Shown here: positions 13,201 through 28,034 of the stretch, one piece after another
How the letters are laid out: every line of letters starts with the position of its first letter
Position numbering within the stretch: the stretch's first letter is position 1
Assembly (NCBI RefSeq): GCF_009914755.1
Contig: NC_060948.1
DNA: 64,000 nucleotides
Origin: the human T2T-CHM13v2.0 reference genome, Homo sapiens
Strand: one strand, 5' to 3'
The notes under the pieces: model-generated
What the model saw: the letters and a program-made list of their open reading frames with translations, nothing else
Database searches by the model: none
What the model was told of the DNA's origin: nothing
Program-made: the position numbers and the translations under genes

Positions 13201-13857
13201 ATATAATGGAGTCGAATGAAATGGAATTGAAAGGAATGGGATCGAATACAATGGAATATACTGGAATGTAACGTAATGAACTCGAATGTAATTGACTGGA
13301 ATGGAATGTACATGAATGGAATGTAATCGAATGGAAAGTAATCCAATGGAATAGAATCTAATGCAATAAAATCGACTCAGATAGAGTAGAATGTAATGGA
13401 ATGGAGTGCAGTGCAATGGAATGGAATGGAATGGAATGCAATGGAATGGAATGGAATGGAATGCAATGGAATGGAATGGAATGGAATGGAATGGGATGGA
13501 ATGGTATGGAATGGATAGTAATGGACTGGAGTGAAATGGACTGGAAAGGAATGGACTCAAATTGAAAGGGCTCGAAAGGAATGGAGTCAAATGGAATGGT
13601 ATGGAATGGAATGAACACGAATGTAATGCAACCCAATAGAATGGAATCGAATGGCATGGAATATAAAGAAATGGAATCGAAGAGAATGGAAACAAATGGA
13701 ATGGAATTGAATGGAATGGAATTGAATGGAATGTGAACGAATGGAGTGAAATTGTATGCAGTAGAAGAGAATAGAATGGAATGCAAGCGAAAGGAAAGGA
13801 ATGGATTGGAATGGAATGGAATTCATTGGAATGGAAGGGAATGTAGTGTAATGGACA
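10296..13857 (+). repeat. U4: unit, 3562 bp (haplotype E)
   Basis: GGCC at 10296 and 13858. Has GGATTCTAAT, GGAAAGAATG (~10840), TCAACACGAA and a GCAAT-interrupted pure tract. Confidence 0.9.
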
Positions 13858-16800
13858 GGCCTGGAATAAAGTGGAATGCTACGGTCTCGAATGGAATAAA
13901 AATGTATGGAATGGAATGCAATGAAACGGAATCGAATGTCATAGAATGTAATGGAATGCAAAAAAATGGAATCCAAAATCATTGACTGGAAAGGCTGGGT
14001 GTCGAAAGGAATTGACTCCAATGGAATGGAATCGAATGGAATGGAAGTGAATAGAATCGAACTAAATCGAATGGAATGGAATTGATAGGAACGGAATGGA
14101 AAGGAATGCAATGATTTGGCATGGAATGGAATCGAATGGCATCGAATGGAATGGAATGCAATGCAATGGAATGGAATGTATTAGAATGTAATGAACTTTA
14201 ATGGAATGTACTCGAATGGATTCGACTGGAATGGAATGTTCTGGAAGTGAATGGACTCCAATGGAATGGATTCAAAAGGAATGGAATCGTACGGAATGGA
14301 ATCTAATGGAATGGAATTAAATGGAAATGAATCAAATTGAATAGCACGGAATTGAATTGAATGGAATGGAATGCAATGGAATCTAATGAAACGGAAAGGA
14401 AAGGAATGGAATGGAATGGAATGGACTGGAATGGAAAGGAATCGAAACGAATGGAATGGAATCGAACTGAAGAGACTGGAATGGAATGCACTGGAATGGA
14501 AGGGAGTGTAATGGAAGGTTCTCGAAAAAAATGGAATCGAATGGAATGGAATTGAATGGAACGGAATAGAGTCGAATGGAATTGAATGGAATGGAATGGA
14601 CTAGAGTGAAATGGAATCGAACCACAAGGAATGGACAGGAATAGAATGGTCTCGAATTGAATGGAATCGTATGGAATGGCATCAAACGGAATGGAATGGA
14701 CAGCCACGGAATGGAATGCACTCGAATGCAATGGAGTCGAAACTAATGGACTGGAATAGAATGGACTCGACTGGTACGGACTCCAATGGAATGGAATCGA
14801 ATGGAAGGGAATCGAACGGAAGGGAATCGAACGGAATGGACTCGAAGGGAAAAGACTGCAATGGAAAGGTCTCGAATGGAATGGAAATTAATGGAATGGA
14901 ATGGAATCGAATGAAATGGAGTCAAAAGGAATGGAATCGAATGGCAAGAAATGGAATGTAATGGAATCGCCAGGAATTGATGTGAACGGAGCGGAATGGA
15001 ATGGAATCCAAAGGAATGGAATAGAATGGAATGGAATCGAATGGAAAGGACTCGAATGGAAATCACTCGAATAGAATGCAATTTAATAAAATAGGATCAA
15101 ATGTAATGGAATGGAATGGAAAGGAATCGAAAGGAAAGGAATGGAGACAGATGGAATGGAATGGAACAGAGAGCAATGGTATAGAATGGAATGGAATCAT
15201 CTGGAATGGAATTGAATGGAATGGAATGGAATGCCCTTGAATTAAATGGACTGGAATGGAATGGACTCAAACAGAGTGGAATGGAAAGTGTTGAGATAGA
15301 ATGGAATGAACTCCTTTGGAATGGTCTAGTAGGCAATGCAATCGACTGGCAGGGAATCAAAAGGAATGTAATCGAATGGATTGGACTGGAATGCAATGGA
15401 CTCGAATAGATTGGAAACGGAATGCAAAGGAATGGAATGGAATAGTATGGAATGGAATGGAAAGGAATGGAGTGGAATAGACTAGAGTGGAATGGAATGG
15501 ACTGGAAAGCAATGGACTGGAATGGAACTTTCTTGAATGGACTGGAATCAAACGGAATGGAATGCAATGCAATCAAATGGCATGGAATAAAATAGAATGA
15601 AAGAGAATCAAATGGAATTGAATCGAATGGAATCGAATGGATTGGAAAGGAATAGAACGGAATGGAATGGAATTGACTCAAATGGAATGGACTAGAATGG
15701 AATGGATTCGAATGGAAGGCAAAGGAATGGAATCTATTGGAATGGACTGTAATGGAATGGAATGGAAGGGATTGGAATGGACTCGAATGGAATGGACTGC
15801 AATAGAAAGGATTCGAATGGAATGAAAAAGAATTGAATGGAATAGAACAGAATGGAATCAAATCGAATGAAATGGAATGGAATAGAAAGGAATGGAATGA
15901 AATGGAATGAAAAGGATTCCAATGGAATGCAATCGAATGGAATGGAATCGAACGGAATGGAATAAAATGGAAGAAAACTGGCAATAAATGGAATCGAAAG
16001 GAATGGAGTGTTATGGAACGGACTCAAAAGGAATTGAATGTAATAGAATGGAGTGGAGTGGACTCGAATATAATGGACTGGAATGGAATGAAATCACATG
16101 GAATGGGAACGAATGGAATGGAATGGAAAGGAATGGAATCGAATGGAAAGGAATCGAATGGAGGGAATGAAATTGAATCAACAGGAATGGAAGGGAATAG
16201 AATAGACGGTAATGGAATGGACTCGAATAGAATGGACACGAATGCTCAAATTGAATGGACTCGAATGGAATGGAAACGAAAGGAATGTCATCGAATGGAA
16301 TTGAATCGATTGGAATGAAATCGCATAGAATGGAGTGGAATCAAATGGAATTGAATCGAAAGGAAAGGAAGCGAATGGACTGAAATGAAATGGAATGGAA
16401 TTGAATGGAAAGTAATGCAATGGAATAGAATGGAACGAAATTTCACGGAATGGAATCAAACTGAATGGAATCAAATCAATGGAATCAAATCAAATGGAAT
16501 GGAAAGGAATTGAATGGAGTAGATTGGATTGGATGGGATTGGAATGAAATGTACTGGAAAGGACTCGAATTTCATGAAACGGAATGGAATGAATTGGAAC
16601 GGAATGGACTCGAATGGAATGGAATGTCATGGGATGGCATCAAATGGAATGGCATCAAATGGAATGGAATCGAATGCAATGGAATGCTATGGAATGGAAT
16701 GGAATGCATTGGAATGGAATGTCCTCTAATGGAATGGATTCGAGTGGAATGGAATTGAATATAATGGAGTCGAATGAAATGGAATTGAAAAGAATGGGAT

Positions 16801-17370
16801 CGAATACAATGGAATATACTGGAATGTAACGTAATGAACTCGAATGTAATTGACTGGAATGGAATGTACATGAATGGAATGTAATCGAATGGAAAGTAAT
16901 CCAATGGAATAGAATCTAATGCAATAAAATCGACCCAGATAGAGTAGAATGTAATGGAATGGAGTGTTGTGCAATGGAATGGAATGGAATGGAATGCAAT
17001 GGAATGGAATGGAATGGAATGGGATGGAATGGTATGGAATGGATAGTAATGGACTGGAGTGAAATGGACTGGAAAGGAATGGACTCAAATTGAAAGGGCA
17101 CGAAAGGAATGGAGTCAAATGGAATGGTCTGGAATGGAATGAACACGAATGTAATGCAACCCAATAGAATGGAATCGAATGGCATGGAATATAAAGAAAT
17201 GGAATCGAAGAGAATGGAAACAAATGGAATGGAATTGAATGGAATGGGAACGAATGGAGTGAAATTGTATGCAGTAGAAGAGAATAGAATGGAATGCAAG
17301 CGAAAGGAAAGGAATGGATTGGAATGGAATGGAATTCATTGGAATGGAAGGGAATGTAGTGTAATGGACA
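13858..17370 (+). repeat. U5: unit, 3513 bp (haplotype C)
   Basis: GGCC at 13858 and 17371. TCGCCAGG, GAACGGAGCGG, the 25-bp loss around AATAATATG, GGATTCCAAT and GAATGGAGGGAATG are shared with U9. Confidence 0.9.
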
Positions 17371-20300
17371 GGCCTGGAATAAAGTGGAATGCTACGGTCT
17401 CGAATGGAATAAAAATGTATGGAATGGAATGCAATGAAACGGAATCGAATGTCATAGAATGTAATGGAATGCAAAAAAATGGAATCCAAAATCATTGACT
17501 GGAAAGGCTGGGTGTCGAAAGGAATTGACTCCAATGGAATGGAATCGAATGGAATGGAAGTGAATAGAATCGAACTAAATCGAATGGAATGGAATTGATA
17601 GGAACGGAATGGAAAGGAATGCAATGATTTGGCATGGAATGGAATCGAATGGCATCGAATGGAATGGAATGGAATGCAATGGAATGGAATGTATTAGAAT
17701 GGAATGAACTTTAATGGAATGTACTCGAATGGATTCGACTGGAATGGAATGTTCTGGAAGTGAATGGACTCCAATGGAATGGATTCAAAAGGAATGGAAT
17801 CGTACGGAATGGAATCTAATGGAATGGAATTAAATGGAAATGAATCAAATTGAATAGCACGGAATTGAATTGAATGGAATGGAATGCAATGCAATCTAAT
17901 GAAACGGAAAGGAAAGGAATGGAATGGAATGGAATGGGCTGGAATGGAAAGGAATCGAAACGAATGGAATGGAATCGAACTGAAGAGACTGGAATGGAAT
18001 GCACTGGAATGGAAGGGAGTGTAATGGAAGGTTCTCGAAAAAAATGGAATCGAATGGAATGGAATTGAATGGAACGGAATAGAGTCGAATGGAATTGAAT
18101 GGAATGGAATGGACTAGAGTGAAATGGAATCGAACCACAAGGAATGGACAGGAATAGAATGGTCTCGAATTGAATGGAATCGTATGGAATGGCATCAAAC
18201 GGAATGGAATGGACAGCCACGGAATGGAATGCACTCGAATGCAATGAAGTCGAAACTAACGGACTGGAATAGAATGGACTCGACTGGTACGGACTCCAAT
18301 GGAATGGAATCGAATGGAAGGGAATCGAACGGAAGGGAATCGAACGGAATGGACTCGAAGGGAAAAGACTGCAATGGAAAGGTCTCGAATGGAATGGAAA
18401 TTAATGGAATGGAATGGAATCGAATGAAATGGAGTCAAAAGGAATGGAATCGAATGGCAAGAAATCGAATGTAATGGAATCGCAAGGAATTGATGTGAAC
18501 GGAACGGAATGGAATGGAATCCAAAGGAATGGAATAGAATGGAATGGAATCGAATGGAAAGGACTCGAATGGAAATCACTCGAATAGAATGCAATTTAAT
18601 AAAATAGGATCAAATGTAATGGAATGGAATGGAAAGGAATCGAAACGAAAGGAATGGAGACAGATGGAATGGAATGGAACAGAGAGCAATGGTATAGAAT
18701 GGAATGGAATCATCTGGAATGGAATTGAATGGAATGGAATAATATGAAATGGAATGGAATGGAATGGAATGGAATGCCCTTGAATTAAATGGACTGGAAT
18801 GGAATGGACTCAAACAGAGTGGAATGGAAAGTGTGGAGATAGAATGGAATGAACTCCTTTGGAATGGACTAGTAGGCAATGCAATCGACTGGCAGGGAAT
18901 CAAAAGGAATGTAATCGAATGGATTGGACTGGAATGCAATGGACTCGAATAGATTGGAAACGGAATGCAAAGAATGGAATGGAATAGTATGGAATGGAAT
19001 GGAAAGGAATGGAGTGGAATAGACTAGAGTGGAATGGAATGGACTGGAAAGCAATGGACTGGAATGGAACTTTCTTGAATGGACTGGAATCAAACGGAAT
19101 GGAATGCAATGCAATCAAATGGCATGGAATAAAATAGAATGAAAGAGAATCAAATGGAATTGAATCGAATGGAATCGAATGGATTGGAAAGGAATAGAAT
19201 GGAATGGAATGGAATGGACTCAAATGGAATGGACTAGAATGGAATGGATTCGAATGGAAGGCAAAGGAATGGAATCTATTGGAATGGACTGTAATGGAAT
19301 GGAATGGAAGGGATTGGAATGGACTCGAATGGAATGGACTGCAATAGAAAGGATTCGAATGGAATGAAAAAGAATTGAATGGAATAGAACAGAATGGAAT
19401 CAAATCGAATGAAATGGAATGGAATAGAAAGGAATGGAATGAAATGGAATGGAAAGGATTCGAATGGAATGCAATCGAATGGAATGGAATCGAACGGAAT
19501 GGAATAAAATGGAAGAAAACTGGCAAGAAATGGAATCGAAATGAATGGAGTGTTATGGAACGGACTCAAAAGGAATTGAATGTAATAGAATGGAGTGGAG
19601 TGGACTCGAATATAATGGACTGGAATGGAATGAAATCACATGGAATGGGAACGAATGGAATGGAATGGAAAGGAATGGAATCGAATGGAAAGGAATCGAA
19701 TGGAAGGGAATGAAATTGAATCAACAGGAATGGAAGGGAATAGAATAGACGGTAATGGAATGGACTCGAATAGAATGGACACGAATGCTCAAATTAAATG
19801 GACTCGAATGGAATGGAAACGAAAGGAATGTCATCGAATGGAATTGAATCGATTGGAATGAAATCGCATAGAATGGAGTGGAATCAAATGGAATTGAATC
19901 GAAAGGAAAGGAAGCGAATGGACTGAAATGAAATGGAATGGAATTGAATGGAAAGTAACGCAATGGAATAGAATGGAACGAAATTTCACGGAATGGAATC
20001 AAACTGAATGGAATCAAATCAATGGAATCAAATCAAATGGAATGGAAAGGAATTGAATGGAGTAGATGGGATTGGATGGGATTGGAATGAAATGTACTGG
20101 AAAGGACTCGAATTTCATGAAACGGAATGGAATGAATTGGAAAGGAATGGACTCGAATGGAATGGAATGTCATGGGATGGCATCAAATGGAATGGCATCA
20201 AATGGAATGGAATCGAATGCAATGGAATGCTATGGAATGGAATGGAATGCATTGGAATGGAATGTCCTCTAATGGAATGGATTCGAGTGGAATGGAATTG

Positions 20301-23300
20301 AATATAATGGAGTCGAATGAAATGGAATTGAAAAGAATGGGATCGAATACAATGGAATATACTGGAATGTAACGTAATGAACTCGAATGTAATTGACTGG
20401 AATGGAATGTACATGAATGGAATGTAATCGAATGGAAAGTAATCCAATGGAATAGAATCTAATGCAATAAAATCGACCCAGATAGAGTAGAATGTAATGG
20501 AATGGAGTGTTGTGCAATGGAATGGAATGGAATGGAATGCAATGGAATGGAATGGAATGGAATGGGATGGAATGGTATGGAATGGATAGTAATGGACTGG
20601 AGTGAAATGGACTGGAAAGGAATGGACTCAAATTGAAAGGGCACGAAAGGAATGGAGTCAAATGGAATGGTCTGGAATGGAATGAACACGAATGTAATGC
20701 AACCCAATAGAATGGAATCGAATGGCATGGAATATAAAGAAATGGAATCGAAGAGAATGGAAACAAATGGAATGGAATTGAATGGAATGGGAACGAATGG
20801 AGTGAAATTGTATGCAGTAGAAGAGAATAGAATGGAATGCAAGCGAAAGGAAAGGAATGGATTGGAATGGAATGGAATTCATTGGAATGGAAGGGAATGT
20901 AGTGTAATGGACAGGCCTGGAATAAAGTGGAATGCTACGGTCTCGAATGGAATAAAAATGTATGGAATGGAATGCAATGAAACGGAATCGAATGTCATAG
21001 AATGTAATGGAATGCAAAAAAATGGAATCCAAAATCATTGACTGGAAAGGCTGGGTGTCGAAAGGAATTGACTCCAATGGAATGGAATCGAATGGAATGG
21101 AAGTGAATAGAATCGAACTAAATCGAATGGAATGGAATTGATAGGAACGGAATGGAAAGGAATGCAATGATTTGGCATGGAATGGAATCGAATGGCATCG
21201 AATGGAATGGAATGGAATGCAATGGAATGGAATGTATTAGAATGGAATGAACTTTAATGGAATGTACTCGAATGGATTCGACTGGAATGGAATGTTCTGG
21301 AAGTGAATGGACTCCAATGGAATGGATTCAAAAGGAATGGAATCGTACGGAATGGAATCTAATGGAATGGAATTAAATGGAAATGAATCAAATTGAATAG
21401 CACGGAATTGAATTGAATGGAATGGAATGCAATGCAATCTAATGAAACGGAAAGGAAAGGAATGGAATGGAATGGAATGGGCTGGAATGGAAAGGAATCG
21501 AAACGAATGGAATGGAATCGAACTGAAGAGACTGGAATGGAATGCACTGGAATGGAAGGGAGTGTAATGGAAGGTTCTCGAAAAAAATGGAATCGAATGG
21601 AATGGAATTGAATGGAACGGAATAGAGTCGAATGGAATTGAATGGAATGGAATGGACTAGAGTGAAATGGAATCGAACCACAAGGAATGGACAGGAATAG
21701 AATGGTCTCGAATTGAATGGAATCGTATGGAATGGCATCAAACGGAATGGAATGGACAGCCACGGAATGGAATGCACTCGAATGCAATGAAGTCGAAACT
21801 AACGGACTGGAATAGAATGGACTCGACTGGTACGGACTCCAATGGAATGGAATCGAATGGAAGGGAATCGAACGGAAGGGAATCGAACGGAATGGACTCG
21901 AAGGGAAAAGACTGCAATGGAAAGGTCTCGAATGGAATGGAAATTAATGGAATGGAATGGAATCGAATGAAATGGAGTCAAAAGGAATGGAATCGAATGG
22001 CAAGAAATCGAATGTAATGGAATCGCAAGGAATTGATGTGAACGGAACGGAATGGAATGGAATCCAAAGGAATGGAATAGAATGGAATGGAATCGAATGG
22101 AAAGGACTCGAATGGAAATCACTCGAATAGAATGCAATTTAATAAAATAGGATCAAATGTAATGGAATGGAATGGAAAGGAATCGAAACGAAAGGAATGG
22201 AGACAGATGGAATGGAATGGAACAGAGAGCAATGGTATAGAATGGAATGGAATCATCTGGAATGGAATTGAATGGAATGGAATAATATGAAATGGAATGG
22301 AATGGAATGGAATGGAATGCCCTTGAATTAAATGGACTGGAATGGAATGGACTCAAACAGAGTGGAATGGAAAGTGTGGAGATAGAATGGAATGAACTCC
22401 TTTGGAATGGACTAGTAGGCAATGCAATCGACTGGCAGGGAATCAAAAGGAATGTAATCGAATGGATTGGACTGGAATGCAATGGACTCGAATAGATTGG
22501 AAACGGAATGCAAAGAATGGAATGGAATAGTATGGAATGGAATGGAAAGGAATGGAGTGGAATAGACTAGAGTGGAATGGAATGGACTGGAAAGCAATGG
22601 ACTGGAATGGAACTTTCTTGAATGGACTGGAATCAAACGGAATGGAATGCAATGCAATCAAATGGCATGGAATAAAATAGAATGAAAGAGAATCAAATGG
22701 AATTGAATCGAATGGAATCGAATGGATTGGAAAGGAATAGAATGGAATGGAATGGAATGGACTCAAATGGAATGGACTAGAATGGAATGGATTCGAATGG
22801 AAGGCAAAGGAATGGAATCTATTGGAATGGACTGTAATGGAATGGAATGGAAGGGATTGGAATGGACTCGAATGGAATGGACTGCAATAGAAAGGATTCG
22901 AATGGAATGAAAAAGAATTGAATGGAATAGAACAGAATGGAATCAAATCGAATGAAATGGAATGGAATAGAAAGGAATGGAATGAAATGGAATGGAAAGG
23001 ATTCGAATGGAATGCAATCGAATGGAATGGAATCGAACGGAATGGAATAAAATGGAAGAAAACTGGCAAGAAATGGAATCGAAATGAATGGAGTGTTATG
23101 GAACGGACTCAAAAGGAATTGAATGTAATAGAATGGAGTGGAGTGGACTCGAATATAATGGACTGGAATGGAATGAAATCACATGGAATGGGAACGAATG
23201 GAATGGAATGGAAAGGAATGGAATCGAATGGAAAGGAATCGAATGGAAGGGAATGAAATTGAATCAACAGGAATGGAAGGGAATAGAATAGACGGTAATG

Positions 23301-26300
23301 GAATGGACTCGAATAGAATGGACACGAATGCTCAAATTGAATGGACTCGAATGGAATGGAAACGAAAGGAATGTCATCGAATGGAATTGAATCGATTGGA
23401 ATGAAATCGCATAGAATGGAGTGGAATCAAATGGAATTGAATCGAAAGGAAAGGAAGCGAATGGACTGAAATGAAATGGAATGGAATTGAATGGAAAGTA
23501 ACGCAATGGAATAGAATGGAACGAAATTTCACGGAATGGAATCAAACTGAATGGAATCAAATCAATGGAATCAAATCAAATGGAATGGAAAGGAATTGAA
23601 TGGAGTAGATGGGATTGGATGGGATTGGAATGAAATGTACTGGAAAGGACTCGAATTTCATGAAACGGAATGGAATGAATTGGAAAGGAATGGACTCGAA
23701 TGGAATGGAATGTCATGGGATGGCATCAAATGGAATGGCATCAAATGGAATGGAATCGAATGCAATGGAATGCTATGGAATGGAATGGAATGCATTGGAA
23801 TGGAATGTCCTCTAATGGAATGGATTCGAGTGGAATGGAATTGAATATAATGGAGTCGAATGAAATGGAATTGAAAAGAATGGGATCGAATACAATGGAA
23901 TATACTGGAATGTAACGTAATGAACTCGAATGTAATTGACTGGAATGGAATGTACATGAATGGAATGTAATCGAATGGAAAGTAATCCAATGGAATAGAA
24001 TCTAATGCAATAAAATCGACCCAGATAGAGTAGAATGTAATGGAATGGAGTGTTGTGCAATGGAATGGAATGGAATGGAATGCAATGGAATGGAATGGAA
24101 TGGAATGGGATGGAATGGTATGGAATGGATAGTAATGGACTGGAGTGAAATGGACGGGAAAGGAATGGACTCAAATTGAAAGGGCACGAAAGGAATGGAG
24201 TCAAATGGAATGGTCTGGAATGGAATGAACACGAATGTAATGCAACCCAATAGAATGGAATCGAATGGCATGGAATATAAAGAAATGGAATCGAAGAGAA
24301 TGGAAACAAATGGAATGGAATTGAATGGAATGGGAACGAATGGAGTGAAATTGTATGCAGTAGAAGAGAATAGAATGGAATGCAAGCGAAAGGAAAGGAA
24401 TGGATTGGAATGGAATGGAATTCATTGGAATGGAAGGGAATGTAGTGTAATGGACAGGCCTGGAATAAAGTGGAATGCTACGGTCTCGAATGGAATAAAA
24501 ATGTATGGAATGGAATGCAATGAAACGGAATCGAATGTCATAGAATGTAATGGAATGCAAAAAAATGGAATCCAAAATCATTGACTGGAAAGGCTGGGTG
24601 TCGAAAGGAATTGACTCCAATGGAATGGAATCGAATGGAATGGAAGTGAATAGAATCGAACTAAATCGAATGGAATGGAATTGATAGGAACGGAATGGAA
24701 AGGAATGCAATGATTTGGCATGGAATGGAATCGAATGGCATCGAATGGAATGGAATGGAATGCAATGGAATGGAATGTATTAGAATGGAATGAACTTTAA
24801 TGGAATGTACTCGAATGGATTCGACTGGAATGGAATGTTCTGGAAGTGAATGGACTCCAATGGAATGGATTCAAAAGGAATGGAATCGTACGGAATGGAA
24901 TCTAATGGAATGGAATTAAATGGAAATGAATCAAATTGAATAGCACGGAATTGAATTGAATGGAATGGAATGCAATGCAATCTAATGAAACGGAAAGGAA
25001 AGGAATGGAATGGAATGGAATGGGCTGGAATGGAAAGGAATCGAAACGAATGGAATGGAATCGAACTGAAGAGACTGGAATGGAATGCACTGGAATGGAA
25101 GGGAGTGTAATGGAAGGTTCTCGAAAAAAATGGAATCGAATGGAATGGAATTGAATGGAACGGAATAGAGTCGAATGGAATTGAATGGAATGGAATGGAC
25201 TAGAGTGAAATGGAATCGAACCACAAGGAATGGACAGGAATAGAATGGTCTCGAATTGAATGGAATCGTATGGAATGGCATCAAACGGAATGGAATGGAC
25301 AGCCACGGAATGGAATGCACTCGAATGCAATGAAGTCGAAACTAACGGACTGGAATAGAATGGACTCGACTGGTACGGACTCCAATGGAATGGAATCGAA
25401 TGGAAGGGAATCGAACGGAAGGGAATCGAACGGAATGGACTCGAAGGGAAAAGACTGCAATGGAAAGGTCTCGAATGGAATGGAAATTAATGGAATGGAA
25501 TGGAATCGAATGAAATGGAGTCAAAAGGAATGGAATCGAATGGCAAGAAATCGAATGTAATGGAATCGCAAGGAATTGATGTGAACGGAACGGAATGGAA
25601 TGGAATCCAAAGGAATGGAATAGAATGGAATGGAATCGAATGGAAAGGACTCGAATGGAAATCACTCGAATAGAATGCAATTTAATAAAATAGGATCAAA
25701 TGTAATGGAATGGAATGGAAAGGAATCGAAACGAAAGGAATGGAGACAGATGGAATGGAATGGAACAGAGAGCAATGGTATAGAATGGAATGGAATCATC
25801 TGGAATGGAATTGAATGGAATGGAATAATATGAAATGGAATGGAATGGAATGGAATGGAATGCCCTTGAATTAAATGGACTGGAATGGAATGGACTCAAA
25901 CAGAGTGGAATGGAAAGTGTGGAGATAGAATGGAATGAACTCCTTTGGAACGGACTAGTAGGCAATGCAATCGACTGGCAGGGAATCAAAAGGAATGTAA
26001 TCGAATGGATTGGACTGGAATGCAATGGACTCGAATAGATTGGAAACGGAATGCAAAGAATGGAATGGAATAGTATGGAATGGAATGGAAAGGAATGGAG
26101 TGGAATAGACTAGAGTGGAATGGAATGGACTGGAAAGCAATGGACTGGAATGGAACTTTCTTGAATGGACTGGAATCAAACGGAATGGAATGCAATGCAA
26201 TCAAATGGCATGGAATAAAATAGAATGAAAGAGAATCAAATGGAATTGAATCGAATGGAATCGAATGGATTGGAAAGGAATAGAATGGAATGGAATGGAA

Positions 26301-28034
26301 TGGACTCAAATGGAATGGACTAGAATGGAATGGATTCGAATGGAAGGCAAAGGAATGGAATCTATTGGAATGGACTGTAATGGAATGGAATGGAAGGGAT
26401 TGGAATGGACTCGAATGGAATGGACTGCAATAGAAAGGATTCGAATGGAATGAAAAAGAATTGAATGGAATAGAACAGAATGGAATCAAATCGAATGAAA
26501 TGGAATGGAATAGAAAGGAATGGAATGAAATGGAATGGAAAGGATTCGAATGGAATGCAATCGAATGGAATGGAATCGAACGGAATGGAATAAAATGGAA
26601 GAAAACTGGCAAGAAATGGAATCGAAATGAATGGAGTGTTATGGAACGGACTCAAAAGGAATTGAATGTAATAGAATGGAGTGGAGTGGACTCGAATATA
26701 ATGGACTGGAATGGAATGAAATCACATGGAATGGGAACGAATGGAATGGAATGGAAAGGAATGGAATCGAATGGAAAGGAATCGAATGGAAGGGAATGAA
26801 ATTGAATCAACAGGAATGGAAGGGAATAGAATAGACGGTAATGGAATGGACTCGAATAGAATGGACACGAATGCTCAAATTAAATGGACTCGAATGGAAT
26901 GGAAACGAAAGGAATGTCATCGAATGGAATTGAATCGATTGGAATGAAATCGCATAGAATGGAGTGGAATCAAATGGAATTGAATCGAAAGGAAAGGAAG
27001 CGAATGGACTGAAATGAAATGGAATGGAATTGAATGGAAAGTAACGCAATGGAATAGAATGGAACGAAATTTCACGGAATGGAATCAAACTGAATGGAAT
27101 CAAATCAATGGAATCAAATCAAATGGAATGGAAAGGAATTGAATGGAGTAGATGGGATTGGATGGGATTGGAATGAAATGTACTGGAAAGGACTCGAATT
27201 TCATGAAACGGAATGGAATGAATTGGAAAGGAATGGACTCGAATGGAATGGAATGTCATGGGATGGCATCAAATGGAATGGCATCAAATGGAATGGAATC
27301 GAATGCAATGGAATGCTATGGAATGGAATGGAATGCATTGGAATGGAATGTCCTCTAATGGAATGGATTCGAGTGGAATGGAATTGAATATAATGGAGTC
27401 GAATGAAATGGAATTGAAAGGAATGGGATCGAATACAATGGAATATACTGGAATGTAACGTAATGAACTCGAATGTAATTGACTGGAATGGAATGTACAT
27501 GAATGGAATGTAATCGAATGGAAAGTAATCCAATGGAATAGAATCTAATGCAATAAAATCGACTCAGATAGAGTAGAATGTAATGGAATGGAGTGCAGTG
27601 CAATGGAATGGAATGGAATGGAATGCAATGGAATGGAATGGAATGGAATGGAATGGAATGGAATGGAATGGGATGGAATGGTATGGAATGGATAGTAATG
27701 GACTGGAGTGAAATGGACTGGAAAGGAATGGACTCAAATTGAAAGGTCTCGAAAGGAATGGAGTCAAATGGAATGGTCTGGAATGGAATGAACACGAATG
27801 TAATGCAACCCAATAGAATGGAATCGAATGGCATGGAATATAAAGAAATGGAATCGAAGAGAATGGAAACAAATGGAATGGAATTGAATGGAATGGAATT
27901 GAATGGAATGGGAACGAATGGAGTGAAATTGTATGCAGTAGAAGAGAATAGAATGGAATGCAAGCGAAAGGAAAGGAATGGATTGGAATGGAATGGAATT
28001 CATTGGAATGGAAGGGAATGTAGTGTAATGGACA
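17371..28034 (+). repeat. U6, U7, U8: three haplotype-A units (3543, 3543, 3578 bp)
   Basis: GGCC at 17371, 20914, 24457 and 28035. The ORF track repeats at a 3543-bp offset. Private variants GCAATGCAATCTAAT and GTAACGCAAT are shared. Confidence 0.92.
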
